Source: Bacillota bacterium (GTDB taxonomy: Bacteria; Bacillota; Limnochordia; Limnochordales; ZCTH02-B6). From it: a stretch of DNA of 64,000 nt. A model generated the notes under the pieces. That model saw only the letters and a list, made by a program, of their open reading frames with translations. It made no database searches and was not told the DNA's origin. Below are positions 45,509-54,358 of this stretch, piece after piece (the first letter of the stretch is position 1; the number at the start of each line of letters is the position of its first letter). The position numbers were made by a program, and so were the translations under genes. Location: positions 4,456 through 68,455 of the forward strand of contig PKQS02000010.1 in assembly GCA_017577945.2 (NCBI GenBank), read 5' to 3'.

Positions 45509-45627
45509 GAGCGCGCCCCCCTTAATGGAAATCGTGTCGCAGGTAGTATTTGCAGAATCATATCTATTTTATGCTAATAAACTGAAATGTACATACGGAA
45601 GGAGGGGCGCAAGGAAAGAAGCGTCCG

Positions 45628-47088
45628 TCAGCCCCGCACGCGGCGACCGGGGCGAAGATCCCAGAAGCCGGGCAGCAGCAGCGCGTAGACGCCGAGCACT
45701 TCCAGGCGGCCCACCAGCATGAGGACCATCAAATAGAGCTTGACGCCCGCCGGAAAGCCGGCAAACGTCTCGGTGGGGCCGATATTGGCGAAACCGGGAC
45801 CGATGTTGCCCAAAGCGGAAATGGCGGCTACGGCCGCATCGGGCAGGGGCAAGCCTAAGGCGGCCAGGACGACGGTGCTGAAGAACCACGTACCGGCGTA
45901 AACAAACAAAAACGCGGTCGCGGCTGCGAACACGGACGGAGGCAACGGCTGGTCGTCAAGGCGCACGACCCGTACCGACCGCGGGTGAAGCACCCGCACG
46001 ATCTCGCCGGCGCCGTGCTTTAGGGCCACCAGGACGCGCACGATCTTCGGACCGCCTGCGGTGGAGCCGGCACAGCCGCCGACGAACATGAGCACGAAGA
46101 GGACGGCTTGCGCCAGGTGGGGCCATTGCGTGTAGTCCGCCACCGCGAAACCGGTGGTGCTAATAACCGCGACGGCCTGAAACAAGCCCCTGCGCAGCGC
46201 CGCGCCCAAAGGATCGCCTTGCTGCAGCCAAAGCGCGGCGGCGATCAGCAGCCCGCCGCCCACGACCAGAGCCACGTAGAGCCTGAACTCCTCGTCCCGC
46301 GCCGCCCGCCAATCGCCGAGGCGAAAGACGCGGTAGATTAGCATGAAGTTGGTGGCGCCGAGAAACATGAACAGCAAGAGGACGCTTTCGACGGCGGCTG
46401 AACCGAACGCCGAGATGCCCGCGTTGTGGGTGGAAAAGCCGCCCGTGGACACCGTCGTCAAGGCGTGGTTGACGGCGTCGAACACCGGCATACCGGCCAA
46501 AACCAAGAGCACGGCGGCCGCCGCGGTTAAAAGCCCATAAATGGTCCACAGCAGCTTCGACGTGTCGGACAGGCGCGGCAGCAGCTTCTCCGGCTGCAGC
46601 CCCGTCATTTCGGCCCGAAACAGCTGAATAGCCCCGATGCCGAGGCGCGGGAACACCGACGTGAACAAGACGATGATGCCGAGCCCACCGAACCATTGCA
46701 GCATGCTGCGCCATAAAAGAAGCGCGCGATCGTGACGGCTTAGGTCCCGAATGACCGTCGCGCCCGTCGTCGTCACGCCCGAGACGGCTTCAAAAAGGGC
46801 GTCGATCCACGGCAGTCCCGACAGCCAAAACGGCAGCGCGCTGGCCGTGGCCGCGGCGGCCCAGCCCAGCACCACCACGGCCAGGGCCGTGCGGATGCTG
46901 AGCTCTTCGTCGCGGGTGCGCACGCGCAGCGCACCCCCCAGCGCCGCGGTCAGCGCGGCCGACAAAAGAAAAGCCGTACCTGCCGTCGTCTCGCGCGCAA
47001 GCCACGCGTACGCGGCCGGCACCAGCATGGCGATGGCCACAAGAAGAAGCAAATTGCCCACGTGGCGGGCAAGCACGCCTGGCTGCAT
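45628..47088 (-). CDS. trkH: TrkH/KtrB family potassium uptake protein
   Basis: ATG 47088 after AAGAGGA. Repeated membrane-pore-membrane units with TTTGAT, STGGFS, STTGF and AGGP-like selectivity loops. Confidence 0.9.
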   Translation of the reverse strand: MQPGVLARHVGNLLLLVAIAMLVPAAYAWLARETTAGTAFLLSAALTAALGGALRVRTRDEELSIRTALAVVVLGWAAAATASALPFWLSGLPWIDALFEAVSGVTTTGATVIRDLSRHDRALLLWRSMLQWFGGLGIIVLFTSVFPRLGIGAIQLFRAEMTGLQPEKLLPRLSDTSKLLWTIYGLLTAAAAVLLVLAGMPVFDAVNHALTTVSTGGFSTHNAGISAFGSAAVESVLLLFMFLGATNFMLIYRVFRLGDWRAARDEEFRLYVALVVGGGLLIAAALWLQQGDPLGAALRRGLFQAVAVISTTGFAVADYTQWPHLAQAVLFVLMFVGGCAGSTAGGPKIVRVLVALKHGAGEIVRVLHPRSVRVVRLDDQPLPPSVFAAATAFLFVYAGTWFFSTVVLAALGLPLPDAAVAAISALGNIGPGFANIGPTETFAGFPAGVKLYLMVLMLVGRLEVLGVYALLLPGFWDLRPGRRVRG

Positions 47089-47127
47089 GGAAATCCTCTT
47101 TTCATCCCCGGCGGCGCCGAAGCCCGC

Positions 47128-48471
47128 TCAGGCCCGAAACAGCTGCTGCGCCTTCGGCATCGCGGCCGCAAGGCCGAACAAGACCAGCCGGTCGCCGGCA
47201 TGAATTTCCGTTTCGCCCGACGGCACGATGACTTTGTCGTCCCGCACCAGCACGCCGACAACCGCGTCCTCGAACTTCTTTAGCTCCGCCAGCTTTTTCC
47301 CTTCCGCCGGCGCGCCGGCCTCCACCACCAGCTCCACGGCCTCGGCGCGCCCGTCGCCCAGCAGCGCGAGCGAAACGACCGGATCTTTGCGCACCAGCTT
47401 GAGCAGCGTGCTGGCGGCGATCAGGCGCGGCACCACCACGGCATCCGCGCCAGCCCGCTCCGCCAGCGGAATGTAGTTTTCCCGCGACAAGCGTGCGACG
47501 GCTTCGGCCGCGCCCAGCTCCTTGGCGGCCAGCGTCGCCAGCAGGTTGGCGCCGTCTTCGCTGGTCACCGCCACGAACGCGTCCGACCGGCCTACCATCT
47601 CTTCTTCCAGCACCTCGTACTTCTCCCCGTCGCCGCAGATGACGATGACGTTGTCCAGCATGGACGCCAGCTGCATGCAGCGCTCGTAGTCCTTCTCGAT
47701 AATCTTGATCTCCATGCCGCGCCGCCGGCTGCGCAGCAAAAGCTGCGTGAGCGTCAAGCCGACGCGGCCGCCGCCCACGATGGTCACTTGGCGCAGCGGA
47801 CGGCGTTCGGTGGCGCCCGTCAGCTCGCGAATGGGGGCAAAATGGCCGGTCTGGGTGACGATGAAAATGCGGTCTCCAGGCTGAATGACGGTGTCGCCGT
47901 CGGGGATAAAGAAGTCGTCGTCCCGCGCGACCAGGACGATGACGCAGCGATCAGGCCGTATCTCCCGCAGCGGCGCCCGCGTGACCGGCGCGCCTTGGTC
48001 CACCCGCACCCGGATGACGCAGGCGCGGCCGTCGGCGAAGTAGTCCACCTGCGTCGCGTTGGGCGTCTTCAGGATGCGAGCGATCTCGGTGGCGGCCGTG
48101 CGCTCCACGTCGATGACGACGTCGATGCCCAGCTTGCGGAAAGACAAGTCCGGGTCGTCGACGAGGTAGTCGCGGTTGCGGATGCGGGCCGCGCACACGG
48201 GCACGCCGAGTCGCTTGGCGGCGAGGCAGGCGATCATGTTCACCTCGTCGCTGCCGGCCGCCGCGATGAGCAAGTCGGTCTTGGCCACGTCCGCCTTGGC
48301 CAGGACGACGGGGCTGGCCCCGTTGCCTTCGATGGTCAACACGTCCAGGTTATCCACGGCGGCCAGCGCGTCCGGGTCGTTGTCGATGACGACGATGTCG
48401 TGGTTTTCCTCCGAGAGAAGGCGGGCGATTTCGTAGCCCAGCTTCCCCGCGCCGATGACGATGACGCGCAC
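47128..48471 (-). CDS. trkA: Trk system potassium uptake protein TrkA (two RCK/NAD-binding units)
   Basis: GTG 48471 lies 7 nt after GGGAGGG, giving VRVIVIGAGKLG. The second Rossmann unit is VTIVGGGRVG. The ORF-track start at 48963 is rejected. Confidence 0.9.
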   Translation of the reverse strand: MRVIVIGAGKLGYEIARLLSEENHDIVVIDNDPDALAAVDNLDVLTIEGNGASPVVLAKADVAKTDLLIAAAGSDEVNMIACLAAKRLGVPVCAARIRNRDYLVDDPDLSFRKLGIDVVIDVERTAATEIARILKTPNATQVDYFADGRACVIRVRVDQGAPVTRAPLREIRPDRCVIVLVARDDDFFIPDGDTVIQPGDRIFIVTQTGHFAPIRELTGATERRPLRQVTIVGGGRVGLTLTQLLLRSRRRGMEIKIIEKDYERCMQLASMLDNVIVICGDGEKYEVLEEEMVGRSDAFVAVTSEDGANLLATLAAKELGAAEAVARLSRENYIPLAERAGADAVVVPRLIAASTLLKLVRKDPVVSLALLGDGRAEAVELVVEAGAPAEGKKLAELKKFEDAVVGVLVRDDKVIVPSGETEIHAGDRLVLFGLAAAMPKAQQLFRA

Positions 48472-48560
48472 AGCTCGTCCCTCCCGCTGCGGCGGCCGCG
48501 AGCCGCCCGGCCCGTCCGACCCATCGCCCGCACAATCTTGGGCCTTGTCCGCAAATCTGC

Positions 48561-48569
48561 AGTTTATCA
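48561..48569 (-). promoter_or_regulatory. candidate extended -10 (TGaTAAACT) for trkA
   Basis: On the minus strand this reads GTGATAAACT, about 95 nt upstream of the trkA GTG. No clear -35. Confidence 0.3.
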
Positions 48570-48711
48570 CTTCCCCGCCGCGGAGGGAACACCGCCCGCG
48601 GCATGCTACGGCACCGGCCCTACATAGGATCTTCGCGCCGGCGCTGCCGTTTCGTGCGAGCAGACCGCGCCGGTCGGCGCGCCCGAGGCGCGGGCGGAAG
48701 GAGGGAGGCGC

Positions 48712-49461
48712 ATGCGCCGGATCCTCACATGGCCGCTGGGGCTTGTCCGGCATGGTGAAAGCGGATCCCGTGTCCGGCTGGCGGTCGCAGCCGCCGCCGT
48801 CCTCGCACTGGCGCTGAGCCTGGCAGCCCTGCGAGCCTCGCAAGGCACCCCAACGCCGGACCCGTCGCCCGCCCCGCGCAGCCAAGTTCCGCCGGGTCCC
48901 CTGCACGGCGTCCACGTCGTCGTGGATCCCGGGCATGGCGGCCACGACCGGGGCGCGTGCCACCTGCCGTCGGCACTGATTGAAAAGGAAATCAACCTGG
49001 ACATGGCGTTGCGGTTGGAGCGGGCTTTACAGGCGGCCGGAGCCACCGTAGCGCTGACGCGGCGGGACGATACGTTCGTTCCCCTGGAGGACCGCGCGCG
49101 CTTCGCCAACGAGCAGGGCGCGGACCTTTTCATCAGCCTGCACGTTAACCGGTACCCGAGCTCGGACTGCTTCGGCGCGCAGACCTTTTACTTGCCCGGA
49201 TCCGAAGAGGGCCGCGCTCTGGCGCTGTTAATCCAGGAGGAGCTGCTGAAAATTTACCCGCCCAACTACCGCCAGGCGCTGCCGGGCAATTACGCGGTGC
49301 TGCGCCACACGACTATGCCCGCGGCGCTGGTCGAGATTGGCTTCGTTACTAGCCCCATCGACCGGGCGCTCATGGCGAGGGACGATTACCGCGAACAAGT
49401 CGCCGCAGCCATCGTGGCGGCGTGCATCCGTTTCGTCCGAGGCGAACGGCCGCAGGCGTGA
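48712..49461 (+). CDS. cwlD: N-acetylmuramoyl-L-alanine amidase, CwlD-like
   Basis: ATG 48712 after GGAAGGAGGGAGG. N-terminal anchor, DPGHGGHD, EKEINL and SLHVN amidase_3 motifs. Confidence 0.75.
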   Translation: MRRILTWPLGLVRHGESGSRVRLAVAAAAVLALALSLAALRASQGTPTPDPSPAPRSQVPPGPLHGVHVVVDPGHGGHDRGACHLPSALIEKEINLDMALRLERALQAAGATVALTRRDDTFVPLEDRARFANEQGADLFISLHVNRYPSSDCFGAQTFYLPGSEEGRALALLIQEELLKIYPPNYRQALPGNYAVLRHTTMPAALVEIGFVTSPIDRALMARDDYREQVAAAIVAACIRFVRGERPQA

Positions 49462-49492
49462 CGTGCATCTTGGTGCCTGGCCGGGCGGACGT

Positions 49493-50056
49493 TCAACGGG
49501 GCCCGCGGCTTCCTGCGTCCTTGCGCTGCTTGTCTTTGCCCTCCCGCCGGGTGCGGCCGCCCTTGGCCTCCTTCCGGCGCTGCTCCTGCGCCGCCTTTTG
49601 CGCCAGCAGCCTCTCGATGTGAGCCTTGATCTGCTCTACGTACTGCGGGCTCAAGTAGGCCTCCGCGCCGGCGACGATGGTCGCGGCGTAGTCGGGGTGC
49701 GGCGGGATTTCCTCCGCGGCTTTGTCGGCCACCACGTACGTGAGTACCCGATCGAACATCTTGCCGTCGGGTGTGCGAACGGCGATGAAGTCCCGGCGGT
49801 AGTTGTCCGGCGCTCCTTCCCGCTCATCCAGCGCGGCCAGCTGATCCACCGGCAGCCGGTACAGGACGCCCTCCACGACGCCCGCGAGATCCGGCACCAA
49901 GTCGGCGACGCCGCCCCGGCGGGCGCGGGAGTAACGGGTGAAGCCGAGCCGGTAGCCACGCACCAGCGCCGGCCCGACGACTTCGAACTCCCGGACGTGC
50001 CGGGCCAAGTCTTCGGGGCTCATGCACGATCCGTAAGCGAAATACAGCACGTGCAC
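49493..50056 (-). CDS. gamma-glutamylcyclotransferase-like (AIG2/GGCT fold) protein with Lys/Arg-rich tail
   Basis: GTG 50056 lies 8 nt after AAAGGAG, giving VHVLYFAYGSCMS (the YGS.M motif of GGCT-like proteins). The C-terminus is KAAQEQRRKEAKGGRTRREGKDKQRK. Confidence 0.7.
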   Translation of the reverse strand: MHVLYFAYGSCMSPEDLARHVREFEVVGPALVRGYRLGFTRYSRARRGGVADLVPDLAGVVEGVLYRLPVDQLAALDEREGAPDNYRRDFIAVRTPDGKMFDRVLTYVVADKAAEEIPPHPDYAATIVAGAEAYLSPQYVEQIKAHIERLLAQKAAQEQRRKEAKGGRTRREGKDKQRKDAGSRGPR

Positions 50057-50171
50057 GCCGGGTGCTCCTTTCGCGGACCGCTGTCCATCCATGGTACGCA
50101 ACCGGGGCCAAGATGTGTTTCTCGCCGCGCCGGCAGGGTTCTCAAAGGGAAAGGCGAAGCTTACTTTTGTT

Positions 50172-51140
50172 ATGAGTCTCCTGAATGCGTTGATCTTCCT
50201 TGCGGCCGTCTTGTCGGGCTGGACGCTGGGCGCGAACGATGCCGCCAACTCCATGGGCACCGCCGTAGGCGCCAAAGTCCGGACCGTCCGCGAAGCGGTC
50301 GTGATAGTCGGCGCGTGCAGCCTGGCGGGCGCGTTGGTGTTCGGGAACCGCGTCATCGACACCATCGGCAAAGGCATCGTCCCGCTGGACCAACTGGACG
50401 CGCACTTGGCGTCCGTCATCGCCTTGTCCGCCATCCTGGCCTCGTCGGCATGGCTGTTCGGCGCCACGTACCTGAAGCTGCCGGTGTCGACGACCCATGC
50501 CATCGTCGGCGCCGTAGCGGGCGCCGGGCTCGCCGTCGGCAACGTGCCGATCTACTGGGAAAAGCTGGTGGACATCGTGATGGCCTGGGTGCTGACGCCG
50601 GTCGGCGCGGCGGTCCTCGGGTACGTGCTGTACCAGTCGCTGCGTTTCCTGGTGCTGCAGCGCTTTCATGTGTCCGACCGGCTCTGGGCGTGGCTGCTGA
50701 CGCTGAGCGGCATGTACATGGCGTTTTCCTGGGGCGCCAACGACGTGGCCAACGCGACGGGCGTGCTGGTAGGCGTCGGCATGGCCACTCCGTTCCAAGC
50801 GGCGGCCTTGGGCGGCATCTCCATCCTGCTCGGCATCGCCATGTGGGGCTACCGGGTTATGGAGACGGTGGGCAGCCGCATCACCAACTTGTTGCCGTCG
50901 ATGGCGTTCGTGGCTGAGATCGCGGCGTCCTTGAACGTGCACCTGTACACGTTGCTGGGCCTCCCGGTTTCGACGACGCATTCCATCGTGGGCGCCATCT
51001 TTGGCGTGGGCCTGGTGTTCGGGCGCCGCAGCATCGATATGCACACCGCCCGCGACATCGTCCTGGCGTGGGCGGCAACGCCGGCGGCTTCCGGCGTTGT
51101 ATCCTTCGTCTTGTATTTCCTTTTGTCAAGCATCGTCTGA
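50172..51140 (+). CDS. inorganic phosphate transporter, PiT family
   Basis: GANDAANSMGTAVG and GANDVANATG repeats that are diagnostic of PiT. ATG 50172. Confidence 0.9.
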   Translation: MSLLNALIFLAAVLSGWTLGANDAANSMGTAVGAKVRTVREAVVIVGACSLAGALVFGNRVIDTIGKGIVPLDQLDAHLASVIALSAILASSAWLFGATYLKLPVSTTHAIVGAVAGAGLAVGNVPIYWEKLVDIVMAWVLTPVGAAVLGYVLYQSLRFLVLQRFHVSDRLWAWLLTLSGMYMAFSWGANDVANATGVLVGVGMATPFQAAALGGISILLGIAMWGYRVMETVGSRITNLLPSMAFVAEIAASLNVHLYTLLGLPVSTTHSIVGAIFGVGLVFGRRSIDMHTARDIVLAWAATPAASGVVSFVLYFLLSSIV

Positions 51141-51156
51141 CCAGGGGGGGACGGCG

Positions 51157-51822
51157 GTGGGCAACTTCTTCGGCTGGATGGGGATGCGAGAGCAGCAACG
51201 AGTGTTGCTGTCCTCGCGGGATCACATGAACAAAGTAGTCGAGGTCGCGGAGCACCTGCGCAGCGTGCTGCAGCACTTCTGCGCCGGCGAGCTGGATGAA
51301 GCTAATGTCTATCAGCAGCGCATTTTCAACGCGGAGCGGCAAGCGGACGAGCTGCGCCGAGAACTATTGGAGAAGTTGTCCGAAGGTTTGTTCTTGCCTG
51401 CCGACCGCGCGGATCTGATGCTGCTGGTCGAGCGCGCCGACGACGTGGCGGACTGCGCCAACGGGGCGGCCCGCCTGATCGCCGTGTTCCGCGAAGCGCC
51501 GCCGGAGCCGCTCCGGGAAGGCCTGATTCAGTTCGGCGACCTGTTGGTGCAGGCGGCGAAGAAGCTGAACGAGGCGTTGGACAAGCTGGCGTCGGGCGAC
51601 CGGCGTGCCGCGCTGGACTTGTGCGCCGCCGTCGAGCGCGCTGAAGAAGACGCGGACGTGCTGAAGGCGTCCCTGTACGAGCGGCTGTTCGCAATGGATT
51701 TGCCCGCCGGTACGCTGATGCTGTTGCGCGATCTCATCGACGCGATGGAGAACACGGCCGACAGGGCCGAAGACGCGGCCGACCTGCTGCGCGTCCTCAC
51801 CGTTTCGCGCTTTAGCGGCTGA
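51157..51822 (+). CDS. DUF47 / PhoU-like phosphate transport regulator (YkaA-like)
   Basis: GTG 51157 after a GGGGGGGA run. Helical repeats with E..AD....R, typical of the DUF47 partner of PiT. Confidence 0.8.
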   Translation: MGNFFGWMGMREQQRVLLSSRDHMNKVVEVAEHLRSVLQHFCAGELDEANVYQQRIFNAERQADELRRELLEKLSEGLFLPADRADLMLLVERADDVADCANGAARLIAVFREAPPEPLREGLIQFGDLLVQAAKKLNEALDKLASGDRRAALDLCAAVERAEEDADVLKASLYERLFAMDLPAGTLMLLRDLIDAMENTADRAEDAADLLRVLTVSRFSG

Positions 51823-51868
51823 TTTCGCCGTCCGCAGCGGCGGCGCCGCGGGGAGAAGGCTACGTCCG

Positions 51869-51934
51869 AAAAAAAGACGGTCCTTGGCGAGCGGGACTTC
51901 GCGCGACGTCTTGCCCGCCAAGGACCGTTGTTTT
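51869..51934. terminator. bidirectional terminator
   Basis: An A7 run, a 13-bp stem ACGGTCCTTGGCG (51877-51889) / CGCCAAGGACCGT (51916-51928), then TGTTTT. Confidence 0.75.
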
Positions 51935-51985
51935 CCCGCCCGGCACGACACTCCGCCCGGCCTGAGGATCGTCAGGCTACGACGG

Positions 51986-52567
51986 TCAGCGCAGCCAGGA
52001 GAAGCTATTGACCGCCTCAATCCAGGCCGCCTGGATGTCGCCCGTATAGTCCGACGCGTCGCCGGCCCAAATCAGCGCCACGTTGCGATCGCCGTTGTTG
52101 AAAAACACCGCCCGTACCATCCCGTTGGCGCCCGTGGCCGTGCGTCCCTGCAGCACGATAAACTGCGCGTTCAGGCCCACGCGGGTGAGGATGGTGCGGT
52201 TTTCCGTCAACCGCGTGCCGGTCAGCACGTGCTGCCACTGCTGCTGCACCGCGCTGACGGCCCGGTTCAGCGCCGCCTGGCCGCCCGGGAAAATCTTGAT
52301 CCAAAGGTACGGCCCGCCTTCTCGCATCGGGATTTCGACGGTCGTCTCGCCGAACAAATCCCGGTGCACGGTGTAGATCGGATTGGCGGGCAAGGCGATT
52401 TCAAACGACCGATCGTAGGATTCGTACCACCAGTAGCGGGGATCTTCGTGGCGATAGAACTGGCCCACCGACTGCGCGTAGGCACTCACGCCCGCCGCCA
52501 GGATGAAGACGAGAGCAGCGACAGCGGCAACACGCATGCGGCCCGACACGGCAAACCAACTCCTCAT
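51986..52567 (-). CDS. hypothetical secreted protein (193 aa)
   Basis: ATG 52567. Signal-like MRVAAVAALVFILAAGVSAYA, and the remainder is beta-rich looking. No family recognised. Confidence 0.55.
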   Translation of the reverse strand: MRSWFAVSGRMRVAAVAALVFILAAGVSAYAQSVGQFYRHEDPRYWWYESYDRSFEIALPANPIYTVHRDLFGETTVEIPMREGGPYLWIKIFPGGQAALNRAVSAVQQQWQHVLTGTRLTENRTILTRVGLNAQFIVLQGRTATGANGMVRAVFFNNGDRNVALIWAGDASDYTGDIQAAWIEAVNSFSWLR

Positions 52568-52614
52568 GGCCCAATCTGCGTCGTCACGGCGCGGCGGCTT
52601 GTCCAACAACGATT

Positions 52615-53115
52615 CTAGGAAACGGTCCCGCGTTCGCGCAGCCGCGCCTGGCGGCGAGCCAGCGCCTCCTCGTACAGCCGCCGATCTTCTTCCGTCTCCA
52701 GCAACAAAGGAGGCACCGCCCGCACCGGACGACCTTCGGCGTCCACCAGCACGAACGTGGTAAACGCCTCGCACGTCAACCAAGGTTTCCGATCCGGGTC
52801 TTTCAAGTCCTTCCCGTAAACTCTTACCAATATCTCCATGGAGCTGCGGCCCGTGTACGTCAAGCGCGCCTGCAAGTGCAGGATTTGGCCCTGTTTGACG
52901 GGTTGATAAAAGTTGACCCGGTCCATGCTGGCGGTGACGACCGACGGTGAACCGCAGTGCTCCATGGCCACCACCCCGGCTACCTTGTCGATGAGGGCCA
53001 GGATGTGGCCGCCGAACACGGTGCCGTGATGGTTGCAGTGAGGCGGCGCGACGATTTCTTTGTACTCGGTGTACGAGTCGCGCCACGATTTCGGCTTGAG
53101 AGGAGTGGGCGTCAA
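52615..53115 (-). CDS. acyl-CoA thioesterase (hotdog fold, YciA/BFIT-like)
   Basis: TTG 53115 lies 8 nt after GGAGG, downstream of tRNA-Leu. PPHCNHHGTVFGGHILALIDKVAG motif. The ORF-track start at 53178 would run through the tRNA. Confidence 0.85.
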   Translation of the reverse strand: MTPTPLKPKSWRDSYTEYKEIVAPPHCNHHGTVFGGHILALIDKVAGVVAMEHCGSPSVVTASMDRVNFYQPVKQGQILHLQARLTYTGRSSMEILVRVYGKDLKDPDRKPWLTCEAFTTFVLVDAEGRPVRAVPPLLLETEEDRRLYEEALARRQARLRERGTVS

Positions 53116-53135
53116 GCGATGCGCCTCCGAAAAAA

Positions 53136-53220
53136 TGGTGCCGGAGGCGGGACTTGAACCCGCACGGGGATCGCCCAAGCGATTTTAAGTCGCCCGCGTC
53201 TGCCATTCCGCCACTCCGGC
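53136..53220 (-). tRNA. tRNA-Leu (anticodon TAA)
   Basis: GCCGGAGTGGCGGAATGGCAGACGCGGGCGACTTAAAATCGCT...long variable arm...GGTTCAAGTCCCGCCTCCGGCACCA. Confidence 0.95.
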
Positions 53221-53235
53221 ATAAGATGCAACTTC

Positions 53236-53265
53236 ATTATAGCCTCGGCCTCTTTTCCCGGTCAA
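53236..53265 (-). promoter_or_regulatory. tRNA-Leu promoter TTGACC-18-TATAAT
   Basis: On the minus strand, -35 is the complement of 53260-53265 and -10 the complement of 53236-53241. It lies 15 nt upstream of the tRNA 5' end. Confidence 0.75.
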
Positions 53266-53284
53266 CGAGGCTTCCGGGGCCTTC

Positions 53285-54358
53285 CTAGCCGGCCAGCGCG
53301 CTCCGGATCAGCACGCCCTCGAGCAGGTCGCTCTCGCTGACGACCATGCGTTCGGCGCCCAGGCAGGACAGGACCTCCCGTGCAATGACGGCGCCCGCCA
53401 CGATGACGTCGGCGCGCTGGGGCTGCAGGCCCGGCCACGTGCGCCGCTGGGCCACCGGCGTTTGCCGCAACGCCTCCGCCAGTTCCGCCACGTCCTGACG
53501 CGTCAGCACGAAGCCATGCACGCGCCGCGGATCGTATACCCGCAGCCGCTGCTTCACCGCCGCCAGCGTCGTCGCCGTTCCGCCCACGGCCAGCAGCACG
53601 CCTTCCCCCGCCCGCAAGGCCTGGATGGGCGCGAGCCGCGCCCGCACTTCTTCCACAAGGCGCGTCCAGTCGGCATCGGAAACCGGGTCCGAGCGCACGC
53701 ACAGCTCCGTCATGCGCACGGATCCGACATCCACGCTCACGGCGGACTCCATCGTGCCGTCCGCCCGTCCCCGCACCAGCTCCGTGCTGCCGCCCCCGAT
53801 GTCGAGAACGTAGACCGGCGGCGCCTCGGCCGGCCGCGTCTCGCAGCCCGCCTTTCGTGCGTGCGCCCCCTCGCCCGCGCCAGGCGCCGGCGCAGGGACG
53901 GCCGCTCCCGGCACGGCCACGGGCGTCCCCCGGACGGCGCCAAGAAAGGACAACGCCGCCTCGTCGCGGCCGCTGATGACCCGCACTTCCACGTCCGCCC
54001 GCCGCCGCACCAGGGCGATGAACTCGTCGCGGTTGACCGCGTCCCGCAGCGCGCTGGTGCCGATGACTTCCACGTTCTCGGCGCCCAACTCCCGCGCTTG
54101 GCGCACGAAGGACTCGACTACACCGGCCGCCGCTTGCATCGCGTCGTCGGACAGCCTGCCGGTGCGGTCGACTCCCCGGCCAAGGCGCGGCATGGCCAGG
54201 TCCCGGTGTACGTGGCTTAGCCGCACGGCGCCTTCGTGCACCGCGACGTCCGCGACCAGCAGGCGCACCGAGTTGGTGCCCACGTCAATGACGGCTCGCC
54301 GGCTCGGCCGACTACTCCGCGGCGCCGCAATCCGCGCGGCGATTGGCTGGCCCGTCAC
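53285..54358 (-). CDS. ppx: Ppx/GppA family phosphatase
   Basis: GTG 54358 lies 8 nt after GGGAGG and overlaps the DUF501 stop (GTGA). IDVGTNSVRLLV and LDIGGGSTEL motifs. Confidence 0.85.
   Translation of the reverse strand: MTGQPIAARIAAPRSSRPSRRAVIDVGTNSVRLLVADVAVHEGAVRLSHVHRDLAMPRLGRGVDRTGRLSDDAMQAAAGVVESFVRQARELGAENVEVIGTSALRDAVNRDEFIALVRRRADVEVRVISGRDEAALSFLGAVRGTPVAVPGAAVPAPAPGAGEGAHARKAGCETRPAEAPPVYVLDIGGGSTELVRGRADGTMESAVSVDVGSVRMTELCVRSDPVSDADWTRLVEEVRARLAPIQALRAGEGVLLAVGGTATTLAAVKQRLRVYDPRRVHGFVLTRQDVAELAEALRQTPVAQRRTWPGLQPQRADVIVAGAVIAREVLSCLGAERMVVSESDLLEGVLIRSALAG

Noticed and set aside
48472-48711. A c-di-AMP (ydaO-type) riboswitch upstream of trkA.
   Set aside because: The conserved blocks I remember (GGGGACCCA, GGGGUGAAUC, CCCG...GAACCCG, CAGCUAACC) are not present on the trkA strand.
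47128-48963. N-terminal extensions offered by the ORF track: trkA from 48963, SBP from 1975, ppx from 54535, thioesterase from 53178, korA from 25365, mscL from 41211, D-TA gene from 38574, and others.
   Set aside because: The extensions are low-complexity and lack SDs, and they overlap upstream genes, tRNA-Leu or terminators. Internal starts have good SD spacing and reproduce the canonical family N-termini.
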